This document shows, piece by piece, positions 12,217 to 25,918 of a stretch of 64,000 nt of DNA (positions are counted from its first letter, which is position 1; each line of letters opens with the position of its first letter). The stretch spans positions 59,086,001-59,150,000 of the forward strand of contig NC_043008.1 in NCBI RefSeq assembly GCF_006345805.1. The letters run 5' to 3'. The translations under genes were made by a program, and so were the position numbers. The notes under the pieces are model-generated. The model had not been told where the DNA came from, searched no databases, and saw only the letters and a list, made by a program, of their open reading frames with translations. The stretch is from Octopus sinensis (lineage: Eukaryota).

Positions 12217-13039
12217 CTTATACATCTAAGCTTAATTTTCTTTGGTGCTTTGCTAGTATGTAGCTTAGAAACTAAGTTCATATAGTGTATCTAACTTTAT
12301 GAATTATACATGACAGTAAGTTTGGATTTACTCCGAAATTCGCAAACTTCATAACCTCGCAGCTATTGGTTGAGGATTGTTTTTTTTCCACAATACACAC
12401 ACATATGCACACTCACATACTAACATATAAACTTATTTACTTACATATATGTATACATAAATATATATATATATACATAAATATATATATATAAATATAT
12501 ATATATATGTATGTATATATATATATATATAGATATATATATATATATGTGGTGTGTGTATGTATATATATATATGTATATATGTGTATGCGTGTGTGTG
12601 AATGTATATATGTGTGCGTGTGTGTGTGTGCATAAATACATATATTATACAATCGTATGTACCGTATTTTTAAAAAATATCTCTTGCCTATTTATCTATA
12701 TTCTAATACTGCCAAATACGTATATTATAGCACTTGATAAATTCATTAAGGAAGCTAAACAAAAAGATATTTGGGATATAAAGATATAGGGAACTGACAT
12801 TTATCTCCTCATTTATATATTTATATTTCTTGTATGAAATAGAGCTGCATAATAGGCTAATTATAGAATTATCTTGCATGTATTCATACTTATCTAACTG
12901 TTGTTATCACTCTCTTGCTAATCTACGTTGTGTATATAGGTGTATGTGTGTATGATGCAAATATGTATATATATATATATATGTATGCTGTATGTATGTA
13001 TATATGCATATGTATATATGAGTGAACGTGTTTATGTAC

Positions 13040-13083
<44 letters not shown>

Positions 13084-13235
13084 ATCTATGTATATGTATA
13101 TATAAAGTTTATAATCAGGGCACAATACAGAACACGGCATTGCTAGAAAGAAGAGTCCAAACGGCACAAGAATCACAGTAAATCATATATATTCACTGGA
13201 GAATTCGAGGAAACGAGCTTATAAAGAGTCAACTT

Positions 13236-13389
13236 ACCAAGATCTGTGGTAAGACGCTGTTTTCTCAGACACATGGTTCTGGTTCAATCCCATTGCGCGG
13301 GAATTTGGGCATGTTTTTTCTACTTTAGCCACGGGCCGACCAGAGCCTTGTAAATGGATTTGGTAGGCGGAAACTGAAAGAAGCCCGTC

Positions 13390-13392
<3 letters not shown>
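13236..13392 (+). mobile_element. SINE family A 5' half, diverged
   Basis: tgtggtaag..ggttcaatcccattgcgcgg..ggaaactgaaagaagcccgtcg. Confidence 0.7.
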
Positions 13393-13441
<49 letters not shown>

Positions 13442-13610
13442 TATAAACAAAGTCAAAATGCGATAAAATAAAATTAATTATTATCGCCGGGTGTTAGCAC
13501 AGGCATATATTATCATATATAAGTACATTAAAGGCGAAGTATGTACTAGATACACAGAAGCTTGATAAATTTAGTGAAATGAAAATAAAAACGTTTACTA
13601 ACTCGGTTCA

Positions 13611-13681
13611 TCTTATACTGCAGTTTCGTCTTTTTCACCAATAAAAATAATTTATTTACTCAGGGAGATTCATCAGTAAGA
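13611..13681 (-). ncRNA. Type I hammerhead ribozyme motif, copy 1 (GUA triplet)
   Basis: UCUUA-CUGAUGA-AUCU..AGAC-GAAA-CUGCAG-UA-UAAGA; perfect 5-bp stem I; palindromic stem III ACUGCAGU. Confidence 0.8.
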
Positions 13682-14007
13682 GCCCTGTTATTCTGAAATC
13701 GCACCTCAATAGAAGCATGTGCGTCTACTAATTTGCTCTATCTAACTAATCAGATCACTGCGCAGACGCAGAACGTACCCGACAAACTAGGGGTTTCTGG
13801 TATATTGTCTAACGCTCAAAATTTATTGAGAAATATGTAAACAAAGTCAAAATGCGATAAAATAAAATTAATTATTATCGCCGGTGTTCTAGCACAGGCC
13901 ATATATTATTCATATATAAGTACATTAAAGGCGAAGTATGTACTAGATACACAGAAGCTTGATAAATTTAGTAAAATGAAAATAAAAACGTTTACTAACT
14001 CGGTTCA

Positions 14008-14078
14008 TCTTATACTGCAGTTTCGTCTTTTTCAGCAATAAAAATAATTTATTTACTCAGGGAGATTCATCAGTAAGA
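14008..14078 (-). ncRNA. Type I hammerhead ribozyme motif, copy 2
   Basis: Same core and stems as 13611-13681; differs by one base in the stem II loop. Confidence 0.8.
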
Positions 14079-14087
14079 GCCCTGTAT

Positions 14088-14134
<47 letters not shown>

Positions 14135-14589
14135 TTGTGTGTGTGTGCGTGCGTGTGTGTGTGTTTGTGTGCCCGTATGTGTGTGTCTGTATGTGTGTGT
14201 GTATGTGTGCATGTGTGTGACCGTATGTGTGTGTGCTTGACAACCGACCATGGTGTATTAACTTAGCAATTCGGCAATAGAGGGCGATAGGATAAATAGC
14301 AGGGTTTTAAAAATAAGGACTCGAGTTAATCCATACGACTAGAAACATTCTTGAAGACGGTGCCCCAGCTCTAATGACTGAAACAAGGAGAATGAAACAG
14401 AAAAGGATAATGAATAGCGTGGGATAAAATATCGGGGTGGCTGCTATTATAATTCAGGATGTGGTTAACCGCATAGACTTATAAGAAGCACCTTGGTTTA
14501 CTTATAGTAAGTAATCCCAATTTACTTCTTCCGATGGGTAAATCCTGGGTTCGCTTCGGTTGATTATAAATATATTATCGTGTGTATGT

Positions 14590-15330
14590 ATCCATGGCGT
14601 GTTCTGTATTTTTTCATAAATAAAGTTTCTTTATTTAAACGTTCTTGTACAGAAATTGTTTCTTTGCACTAGTAGATGGGGAAAACTGTTAAGTTTGGTT
14701 GGATATTACCTGCACACCTCTCTATGTGTTCACTGAAAGGAATCTGTCTGTACTGGATATGTTCCATATGTTGTGTGGTTCTTCGTCTAAGTACCATACT
14801 TGTCGGTCCTATATAGTTATATCCACAAACTGAACAAGTTATAATATACATTAGATTCTCGGAAGTACAAGGGAAGTAGGTTTTAATTGTGAACCTCTTC
14901 CTTGTCTGAATGGAAATTCCCAGCCTTCCATCAGGTTGGCGCATGTTCCGCAGATTGGGCGTCCACATTTTTAATCATTGGTTTCGTGGTTGTTGTGTAA
15001 AGTTTCGAATTTGTCACAAGTCTTTTCATCGATTTGTGTTCCTTTTTGCATTTAACGAATTTATGTATTTTCAGAATGTTGTTCCTTTTTGGATCCCTAG
15101 TGAGCACAGTTAGATTTTGTATAATAGTGTTGTTCGCCTCATTGTTTCTAGGATTGTGAGTTGATATATACGGTAGTTTTTTAGATTAGATGTGGTGCAA
15201 CCTTAGTGTTTTAATGCCTAATTTCTTAGTACGCTTAATTCCATCATCTATAAATGAGAGTGGATATTGTCTCTAAGTTAATGTTGTTCCGATGTCTTGA
15301 AAAGAGAGGCCCCGGGAATCTCCATGAAAC
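14590..15330 (-). pseudogene. Penelope-like retroelement RT C-terminus/linker plus GIY-YIG endonuclease remnant
   Basis: RQYPLSFIDDGIKRTKKL; FPCTSENLMYIITCSVCGYNYIG..RQIPFSEHIERC, a GIY-YIG pattern with CxxC typical of PLEs. Confidence 0.85.
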
Positions 15331-15851
15331 ACTAGTTCTAAGTGCAATACAATGGTTATTCATGACCGAAAGGGTCTTTACCCTATATATTTACGTGACT
15401 GCGTGTAATGTAACAGCTTAAGTGTAAAGAGCCGATAACCTTTCAGTATTCTAGTACCCAGCTTCAGAGGTGTGCGAGGTGCAGATTTAAATAGTCTTTG
15501 CAACTACATCATGCCTCAGAGTCAGGTACTGCCTCGCAGATATTATGGGTTAGATGCTGATGAAATGGCTATATCTTCTACACTGGTATAGCAGAGATGA
15601 TGCTATATTCATGACCGAAAGGGGTCTTTACCCTATATATTTACGTGACTGCGTGTAATGTAACAGCTTAAGTGTCAAGAGCCGATAACCATCAAAATCT
15701 ATGTCAAGCGCTGATAACCATCAAAATCTATCGGCTCTTGACACTTAAGCAGTTACATTACACGCAGTCACGTAAATATGTAGGGTAAAGACCCCTTTCG
15801 GTCATGAATAACCATTGTATTGCACCTAAAACTAGTGTTTCATGGAGATTC
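15316..15851. repeat. Direct plus inverted repeat at the 5' junction of the PLE remnant
   Basis: 15316-15440 repeated directly in part at 15606-15690 and inverted at 15730-15851. Confidence 0.85.
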
Positions 15852-15854
15852 ATG

Positions 15855-16090
15855 AATGTAGGTTTGGTGTTGTCTTGTCTGATTTTTCTATCAAGTATTT
15901 AATAGCTATTTCCTGTTCCTGGATAGCGAAAGCATATCCTTCTAAGTAGGATGTAATGTACTTATCACAGGCCTAGGAGAGGGTACTTTTCTTTTCAATA
16001 TTGTTGTTATTCTATAACTTGCTAGATATGTACCCATTCTTTCATTTTTGCTGGTATGCTACCTAATTCTCCACCAAATTTCTGTTTTAG
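15855..16090 (-). pseudogene. R4/Dong-like (RLE) LINE fragment
   Basis: YITSYLEGYAFAIQEQEIAIKYL resembles the EG..AxQ(D/E)Q motif upstream of the CCHC knuckle in R4/Dong ORFs. Confidence 0.55.
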
Positions 16091-16128
16091 TAAATCTCTG
16101 CATCCTCCATAGATTTTGATCACATGAC

Positions 16129-16159
<31 letters not shown>

Positions 16160-16899
16160 TGTATGTATGTATGTATGTATGTATGTATGTATGTATGTAT
16201 TATGTATGTAGTGTATTTATGTATATATGTCATTATGCATGTTTGTATATAAAATATGCATATTGTATATTATATTAAGGTTTTTTTTTTATCATACTTA
16301 CACATGAGGTTTGTGCAATTTATTTGTATACAGTAGTAAACTTCGGAAATGCAACTTTGCCATTTCTGGATTTTCAGGATTTGATCTTCTGGATGGACTT
16401 ATTTTGTATTTTTTGCTATGTCCGTTATTAAATAGGGCCAAAGCTAACATTAACCTCGAAGTTTGAATTTTCAGCCGTTACATTAATATGCAGTGTACAT
16501 ACAACACAAAAGTCAAAACTAATTTAGACCACAGAAGAATACATTAGTAAACAACACATAGTATATATAATTCTACGCAAAAAAATGGACGCTTAATGTT
16601 GAAAGTGTTATTCATAGCAGAGTCCAATGGGAAATTAAACAACAACAAAATTATGAAAAATAACCATAAGTACAAGACTATATACTTGTAAATCTCAAGG
16701 CCCAGATTTAAATTCTAGTTGTAATGCGTACGTTTATCATATCGATCCTGCCTAGAATAAAGCTGTATCAACAATCATGTATTTCGTTTCACACGGAAGA
16801 TGAGCGAGCGAAAGTCTGGAATATTTGGTAATCTTATTTCTTTGGAAACTCTACTATAATTTTCATGAGGAAATATGAAAAACTGGAAAGGTGAACAAT

Positions 16900-17245
16900 A
16901 CGTTCTGAGTTCAAATTCCGCCGAGGTCGACTTTGCCTTTCATCCTTTCGGTGTCGATTAAATATATACCAGTTACATACTAGGTCGATATAATCGACTT
17001 AATCCGTCTGTCTGTCCTTGTTTGTCCTGTCTGTGTTTAGCCCCTTGTGGGCAGTAAAGAAATAGGTATTTCGTCTACCGCTACGTTCTGAGTTCAAATT
17101 CCGCCGCGGTCGACTTTGCTTTTCATCCTTTCGGGATCGATGAAATAAGTACCAGTTACACACTAGCGTCTATATAATCGACTTAATCCGTTTGTCTGTC
17201 TTTGTTTGTCCCCTCTGTGTCTAGCCCCTTGTGGGCAGTAAAGAA
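16900..17245 (+). mobile_element. Head-to-tail dimer of 5'-truncated SINE B units
   Basis: Tail aaagaaata joined directly to internal ggtatttcgtct. Confidence 0.8.
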
Positions 17246-17879
17246 TCAAAATAGGAATCAATGTACGTACTCACCTATTAACAGTTTTGTATTAAACGTT
17301 ACAGGTTATATTTGAATAATCTATAATTGAGTAATTTGTCAGCATATGTTGATGGGGTACCAAAACAGTTGATCTATCATTGATATTGATCAGACTCCAA
17401 GTATATTTACGCGTTGTATGGGGTCGTCGAATAATCTGAATATTTATAATACATCAATTATACATGATAATGGCCAATAGATTTTATGAGATATTATAAC
17501 AGGTAAACCTCAACATTTACGTCAATTATTATTTTCGATTTCATTTGTTGTCCCTTTCATCATCGTTATTAAATATTTTTTCGGAGCAATCGAGCGTTAT
17601 CTTCTGTAAGACGGCTCGGGCGGTCCTCCTCCTCTTTTTCTTCTCCTCCCCTCCTCCTCCTCCTCCTCCTCATTCTCCTCCCCCTCCTCTTCTCCTTTCT
17701 CATCTTTCTCATTCTTCCTATCCTCTTTCCTTCTCCTTCTTTCCTTCTTTTCTTTCTATTTTTCTGCTTATTATTATTATTATTATATTATTATTATTTA
17801 TATCTCTGTGTCCCATGCACACCCAGCCACGCAATACAATCATGATCTCTGATAATGGTCACAGGCACATGCACACAAC

Positions 17880-17899
17880 ATATTATTAATATTATTGTT

Positions 17900-17935
<36 letters not shown>

Positions 17936-18545
17936 ATAGACGTCGCACTGTATACAATATCCTGAGTCTGCCGAATTGAAGATATTGTCTTCCGGGTGTT
18001 TGTACTGTTTATCAAGTCGCAACAAGGACCTCAAACAGACAGTTCTTTACGCAATATGCGGGCAATTCCAAGTAATGCCAACTTTTTCAATATACCCAGA
18101 TTGTAGAACATTTCTAAAGTTTTCAGACTTTTTTTTTTGCAGATTGGCTGGTCAGAACCCAATGCTCCGATGACAATAGGGATAACCTATGTTTGACTCT
18201 CGTAGCTCAATTCTCAGGTCTCCATATATATCAACCTTTTCTCTTTCTCACATGATGATTTGTTGATCTCCTGGCATTGCCACGTCAATTATTAGGCACT
18301 CATATTTGTTCCTCCTAAAAGTTGCTATATCCGGCCTTCGGTATTCTAATACCTTGACTGTCTGGAAATCAAAGTCTCAGAGAACCTTCGCCTTCCTCTT
18401 TTCGTCGATTACCTTTTTCGGTGTATGTTGGTACCAAGCACCCGTAAACTCATATCCATGCTTATGGCATACTAGCCATTGGAGGTTTTGGGCTACATTG
18501 TCATGTCTACGTTTGTAATCTTTCTGCACAAGAAGGATATCAAGG
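17880..18545 (-). mobile_element. R4/Dong-type LINE 3' end with restriction-like endonuclease remnant and (AAC/AAT)n tail
   Basis: QKDYKRRHDNVAQNLQW..WYQHTP..RRPDI..IIDVAMPGD..ALLGIARILRKELSV. Confidence 0.85.
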
Positions 18546-19071
18546 ATCAAGTATTCTCCTCTAGAGGTTGATATTTTTTTTTTAAATCAAAGATTTATGC
18601 TGTATAGTATTTCATATACCTGTATTTATCTATGGTATTCAAATACATACCTCCGGTTACTCGGAGTCATTTCTCTGAGCTCATTTTTACTTACATATAA
18701 GATATTACAGTAAATAAAATATTTGCTTATTAAATACAAGCACACACATATGTGCAGTTGTACGTTTTGCGTCTGTGTGTGTTGTGCTTGTGGTTGTACG
18801 TATGTATGTGTGACTAAAGCTTTATATGGATGTGTGTGAGCAGTTCGTTCATAACATCACGTTTCATTTCCTTCAGGTAGTTGTAACATGACACTGAATC
18901 TCTTTCTCACTTTCTCTCAATCCTTTCATCCCCTCTCTCTCACTCTCTCACTTTCTCTATCTATCTATCTATCTATCAATCTATATCTTTATCTCTATTT
19001 CACATAATTATGTTCATCCTCTCTTTCACTACGTCTCTCTCTCTCTTTCTCTCATATATATATAGATATAT

Positions 19072-19112
<41 letters not shown>

Positions 19113-19157
19113 AATACACACAGTAACACATACATACACACAGGGAAACACACAGAA

Positions 19158-19196
<39 letters not shown>

Positions 19197-19399
19197 TACG
19201 CATACACATACACAAACACACTAAGACAACGGGTGGGAAACCTGAGAAGCTTCAATTCTATATGTATAATAACTAACTTCTAAAGTATATGTTTCAACAT
19301 TAAAACATCTCCTTAGATCAAATAAGTAAATAAATAAATAAATATACTATTTCATATCATCCGTTACCATGCTACCGAATGAGAAAGTCTCCGCATATA

Positions 19400-19451
19400 C
19401 ATATATATATATGTAGGTATGTACATATATGTATATATGCATATATTATAT

Positions 19452-19510
<59 letters not shown>

Positions 19511-19757
19511 AGCACACACACACACAGAGGGGGAGAGAATCACGTATATTAACATACATATATATACGTATACATGTGTGTGAATATATAAACATATATA
19601 ATATATATGTCTTTATATATATAAATATATAATTATGTTTATATGTATGATTAAGTGTATATATGTGGTGTTGATATATATATATATATTATGTAAGTAT
19701 GTATGTATGTATGCTTCTATCTATCAATCTACCTACCTATCAATCTATCTACTTACC

Positions 19758-19804
<47 letters not shown>

Positions 19805-19874
19805 TATTCATATACATGTATATACGCATATATGTGTGTGAACATATAAATACAAAATGTATGTATATAAATAA

Positions 19875-19911
<37 letters not shown>

Positions 19912-20038
19912 TATATGTATATATGTGTATAATGTGTGTATTTATATATATATTTATATATTTATATATATATATATATATATGTAAGTATGTATGTTTT
20001 TATTATCAATCTACCTACTACCTATCTACTTACCTATA

Positions 20039-20087
<49 letters not shown>

Positions 20088-20089
20088 AT

Positions 20090-20120
<31 letters not shown>
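19400..20120. repeat. (AT)n-rich compound microsatellite
   Basis: Direct inspection. Confidence 0.9.
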
Positions 20121-20134
<14 letters not shown>

Positions 20135-21218
20135 TGCATATATACCGCAAGTGTTAATATACGGCTAGGTGTTAGCGTATAATAAATAGGTTGTATATTT
20201 CATGCAAAAATTTATTTCTGTATAAAATCCTTTTTTTGCTACTTAAATTCACGAAACGTATTTTTTATATACACTTACATGCCTATAGATACATACATAA
20301 ATGCACACATACACATGCACACACACACACGCATGTACACACGCATACATATACAAGTGTACATATACATACATATAACCATTTATAGACAAGCTCATAG
20401 AGCTACACATACACTCTCATATTGACACAAGAACAGTCGCATATCCGTACGCTTACATACACATACACATATGCAAGCACACATAAACACACACACACAC
20501 GTACACATACACATACACATTCGCACGAGGGAGAACATTACAAAAGAACACCCGAAAATTAGAAATAAAAATCTTTAAAAAAATAAATATTACATGATGA
20601 TTACATCCGAGGTAATTCTATGCTCCGAGAGCGCAAACAAAAAAGCGTAAACAGTAACAGCATCAACAAGAAAAGCAACAACAACAACAACAATAATAAT
20701 AATAATAATAATAATAACAATAGCAATAATAATAACACAAATAACAATCGCTGCTCGTACATATGCTGTATATATATCTGCGGTGTGTAGTTCCATGTAA
20801 AATATGATTAGTAACAGAAAAGGAAAAAAACTGATAATAATAGTAATCGTCAGACACAGTAACTTTCTAATACTATAAGAGATTTGCTGACTCTTTTTCT
20901 CCCTGACCTACGCTTTCTTTCTTCCGATTACCCTGCTCCCCGTTTTTGCTCTATGTGTCACTCCCTCTCCCCTCTCTCTCTTTCTCTCTCTCTCCATCTA
21001 TCTATCTCTTCTTGTTGTGTGCGACCAATGGAGGCCACATGAAGCTGTTCTAGTATTTCTAATAAAACTTTGTTTGCCAATAAATTCTGCAGTGTTATCC
21101 TAGTTTTTTTTTTATTTTTCTATTTTTGAATTTCGAAGTTGCAAAGGTAATTTATGGACACCCAGTATCTGGATACATATGTATTTAAATGTGATTATCT
21201 ATCTATAGCTATATATAG

Positions 21219-21254
<36 letters not shown>

Positions 21255-21380
21255 GATATATACATATATATATACACATATATATATAGGTATATACATA
21301 TTCACATATACCTTATATATGGGACTATGTATAGATATTATATATATATATATATCTATATATATATATATATTTATATA

Positions 21381-21420
<40 letters not shown>

Positions 21421-22470
21421 CTATAATATATATATATATCAGTATATATAAACGTATAGATAAAGTAATATATAATATATATGTATGTGTGTGGGTGTAG
21501 AAATATATATATATATATTATATATTATATATAATATTACTGTATATATATTAATATCTATATTTATATATTATTACGTGCATATTATATCGTTATTGTG
21601 TATGGTGTATATATATATTATATATTTATATATATATATAGAGAGAGAGAGAGACATGTATATATATATATACACACGCGCGCGCGTCTGTGTGTGTATG
21701 TGTGTGTGTGTGTTTGCATATCTAAATGTATAAGGTGTTATGATTCTAACGTATCATACTAGCTTATTGCATATTAGAGCAGATCATATTCTTTGATCCA
21801 TTGCTTCTTATTCAGTGTAAAAGAAGCAGCAGACACACTTCTCAGCACATCCGACAATATAGATTACACAATCAAAGAACTGAGTAGTAAAGCTCCATAA
21901 CAAAATAATGTAACACCCTTATTTCTTTAGACCACGCAAAAAATTCAATGAAATTTCCACTCAATGATGGCATGTGATTGAATTGGGAGATCTGAATCCC
22001 ATTGAAGTATTCACATCCTGTATAGAAGAATCAAATGTACAACGATATAGGAATTGGTAAAACTACGGCGAGCTTCACACAAAGCTCCTGTTTGCAGAAA
22101 GCATAGTTCCTATTTTAGGAACATCCAACAATAATCAAAACCAGCTTAATGTATATGGCAAGGCGTAGCATCTGAGCAAATTTCTTAGCGGCATTTCATT
22201 CGTCTTTATGCCATGAGTTCAAATTCCGCAATTGTGGGCTTCGGTTTTCATCCTTTTGGAGTCGATGAAATATGTACCAGTTGAGTACTGGGATCGATGT
22301 AATTGACTTACTTCTCCCGCGAAATTGCTGGCCTTGTGCTTTATTTCGAAACCTGTATATGAGCCAAACCACTAAGAATAAGAATGGACATGGAAAATAT
22401 CATATCCCATAAACTGATAGATGAAGTTCCTGATATCAAATACGAAGAAACCTATCAACAAATAGTACAC

Positions 22471-23057
22471 AATAAATCACTGAGCGAGATATATACAGTA
22501 GCTTCACGACATCGTAAAGTATATTTGCCACCTAAATATTATGTCGATACTACTGTAGCTTGTAGCCCCAGGAAGACATCCCCTCCAGCTGGCTATTGAC
22601 ACACTATCTGTGCCATATCAGCATTTGCAAAGGGAAGTCATCGTTCCCATCTCCAGCATGACGTGATACACATGGACCCGAGTTTCTGGATATTGACCCA
22701 TCATCAGCGCGTGACAACCAACGATTAGAAGTGGTTCTCAATGCAAATATATAGACTTTTTCCAGTGACGAAAAGTCAGTGATCTCGAAAAAGTGGGAAC
22801 AAGCAATAATAAATCTCTGAGCGAGTTATAAACAGTAGCAGCTCGACATCGTGATGTATATCTTCCACCTAAATGTGGCTAATCCTTAAGAGTCGATGCT
22901 ACTGTAGCTTGTAGCCCTAGGAAGACATCTCCTCCAGCTGGCTATTGATACACTATCTGTGCCCTATCAATAGCCAGCTGGAGGAAATGTCTTCCTGGGG
23001 CTACAAGCTACAGTAGCATCGACCCATAGGGTTAGCCACATTAGGTGGTAAATATAC
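22471..23057. mobile_element. Direct plus inverted repeat structure (PLE pseudo-LTR-like)
   Basis: 22471-22621 repeated at 22808-22969; ~95-bp inverted arms 22856-22950 and 22965-23057; hammerhead lies between the direct copies. Confidence 0.65.
22669..22713 (-). ncRNA. Type I hammerhead ribozyme motif (C3-G8, GUC triplet)
   Basis: CACGCG-CUGAUGA-UGGG-ucaaua-UCCA-GAAA-CUCGGG-UC-CAUGUG; stem I mismatch is explained by CpG decay. Confidence 0.75.
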
Positions 23058-23663
23058 TTCAAAATAGTACATAGTTACTCGTAACTTGTCAAATTTTTAA
23101 GACAAAAAAAGCGAGAAGAAATAAAACTGCCGGTAAACATCCAGGAGGCAGGATTCCATTTTCAAATCAAAATAAACCTAAGCCATAAAAGATAGTTTAC
23201 ATTCAATGCCACGTGCCCACAATTCCAACAAGAAAACTGATGTCCATGAAAACATTAGGATTGGAATAATGTGGAATAATGTAATAAAACAACAACAGGA
23301 ATGCGCAAAGAAACAAAGGTCGACAAAGAATAAGATGCTGCAAATAATTGGATGCATTTGACAAAAACGAGAAAGGAAAGTTATGGAGCAATGACAGGAA
23401 AGTTCTTACCCAGTTATATATATATATTTAATAATAGAAATATTAAAATTACTAAGTCTCTCTAAAGGAGATTACGGCAGCGTTACTGGATATTAATAGT
23501 TATCGCCATACTAATATGGTAGTCTATAAATATAAGACTAAAGCTGTCGCTGATTAGCTCCAAGGGGCCATCGCCTCTAGCTAGCTATTTGACACACGAA
23601 CCTGCGTCCATTTCAAACCTTCGAACAGGGGAGGTCATCCGCTTCACCTTGCTAGTCAGACAT

Positions 23664-23704
23664 CTGCAGACATATTTCAGGGTTGTTGCCCTTTATCAAT
23701 GCAG
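23664..23704 (-). ncRNA. Type I hammerhead ribozyme variant with U3-A8 core (GUC triplet)
   Basis: CUGCA-UUGAUAA-AGGG-caacaa-CCCU-GAAA-UAUG-UC-UGCAG; perfect stems I and II. Confidence 0.7.
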
Positions 23705-23787
23705 CGTAGTCAGACCCGCAGGTGTCGCTACTGACCGTCTGTTCGAAGATTTTATTTACCTAGTTACAGGTATTTTATATTTTATAT

Positions 23788-24180
23788 AGGCGCAGGAGTG
23801 GCTGTGTGGTAAGTAGCTTGCTTACCAACCATATGGTTCCTAGTTCAGTCCCACTGCGTGGCACCTTGGGCAAGTGTCTTCTACTATAGCCTCGGGCTGA
23901 CCAAAGCCCTGTGAGTGGATTTGGTAGACGGAAACTGAAAGAAGTCCGTCGTATATATGTATATCTATATATATGTGTGTGTGTATATATGTTTGCGTGT
24001 CTGTGTTTGTCCCCCCAACATCGCTTGACAACCGATGCTGGTGTGTCTACGTCCCCGTCACTTATCAAGAGAGACCGATAGAGTAAGTGCTAGGGTGACA
24101 AAGAATAAGCCCTGGGGCCGATTTGCTCGACTAAAGGCGGTGCTCCAGCATGGCCGCTGTCATGAAACAAATAAAAGAAT
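23788..24180 (+). mobile_element. SINE family A, full length
   Basis: Matches the 2342 copy. Confidence 0.85.
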
Positions 24181-24215
24181 ATATATATATTATTTATATC
24201 ATATATATATATATA

Positions 24216-24420
24216 TACGTGGTCTGATCAATAAGTATCCGGACTATTGTCATAGTAACGCAGAGTAAAACCATTTGGCACAGATTGATCGTGAACTCTG
24301 TGGTGCATGCACACTAAGTTTTAACGGTCTAGCTCACTTCCACTTTTACAGCAGTGCTTGGAGTGAAGGTGTATAAGCATGTAATAGTTGCTGCAATGTC
24401 GAATTGCAGTAATGTGAATC
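24216..24420 (+). mobile_element. Mariner-like 5' end fragment
   Basis: tacgtggtctgatcaataagtatccggact resembles a mariner TIR and the TIR at 9881. Confidence 0.55.
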
Positions 24421-25664
24421 CATTAATGACATCTATTTCATGTTTTATAGGTAATTTTGGATCTAGTTTTACGATTTAGAGCTAGGCTTTAGGATTTAAG
24501 GTTAGCGTTTAGGGATTAATGTTATGCCTTACATATAAGCATAGAGTCAGAGTTTAGATTTAAGGTTTAGGGTAAACGTATAATGTTTACATTGTATGGT
24601 TAGGCTGTGCAGTTAGGCTGTAGGATTTGGGTTTCGGTTTTATGGATAGTGTTTAGAATTAGGGCTAAACATAACGAGAGGAGTGTCGAAGAAATTTGAT
24701 TTAGGAATTCTTGGCAGAAATGCTATCACCTTCGTTTAAAACATAAAGATCCGGCGTTGGGTACTTGAAACAAAAACGCCGAAATTTTGCTAAAGGTTTA
24801 CCAAGAAACTCTGCTGTAATTTAAATAATTTACTTTAGAACATTAACATTGATTCCCTGAGACCATACGTTGAGATAACGCCGGGTATTAAAGCTAGTAA
24901 CTAATAAAATCACAAAATCCGGACAAAATTATTCAAAAGCTAATTCCTTTACATTTCATATTTCACTAATATGTGGTACATCGCTATACCTGTGTGAATT
25001 CTTGGTTTATATTTCGCTATTAATTATGCTGTCATAATTGATCTTTTTTTTTATTTTTTGATATTTTAAAATTTATACATTTTGAGGGTGATATGAATTA
25101 ATGCCTCCCTATCCAATTTTGTTCTGTGCGCAGTCTATGCTTCAATGGCTAGCGATGCTAAATGCATGGTCAACCGAAGAGAAAGAATTCTCCTTGTGTG
25201 TCCGATGTTATACTTTGAGCCATAAAGTCGGCAGCTTTCATGTTTACTTTGAAGTGTGTAAATTAAATTAAATTAAATTTCTGAAATACATTTTGTGGTT
25301 TTGCAACGTTTGTGGTTTCACGTTGACGAGCGGCATTTCTCTCTCTCTCTCTCTTCTATTTGTTGCAAAATAAACATAAGGACCACTGAAGATTGTATAA
25401 TAAACATCTAAGTAAAAAAACTCAACATTTATACACATGGGTGTCATTGACACATGGCGTCTCAGATGATAACTGTGTGCGCGCACGTGTACTTGTGTGT
25501 GTGTGTATGTGTGTGTAGATACTCTATCATAAGTTGTTATGCGAAAGCATTATGAAACATGTAAACAGAATTATAATATCCAATTACATTTTATATTAAG
25601 ATAGTATGATAAAAATGAATTTTCAATTCTCTATCCAAACATACATACATACATAATCATATAT

Positions 25665-25695
<31 letters not shown>

Positions 25696-25881
25696 CGTAT
25701 GTATATGTATGTATATCTAATATAATATATAATATATATTATATATGTGTGTGTGTATGTGTGTGTATGTGTATGTACATATGTGTGTGTGTATATATAT
25801 ATGCATATAATATTATATGGTATATAAAATATAATATATATATATATTCAATATGATATACTATATATATATATATATTAT

Positions 25882-25918
<37 letters not shown>

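Larger units (their letters stand above)
13444..14085 (-). mobile_element. Tandem pseudo-LTRs of a Penelope-like element (245-bp direct repeats)
   Basis: 13444-13688 and 13838-14085 are near-identical; each carries a hammerhead; both lie 3' of the GIY-YIG remnant on the same strand. Confidence 0.7.

Noticed and set aside
15550-15605. CUGAUGA followed by a GCUAUA/UAUAGC stem
   Set aside because: Lacks GAAA and a stem I partner
24460-24670. Degenerate TTTAGG-like repeats
   Set aside because: Too degenerate to call an interstitial telomere; no boundaries found
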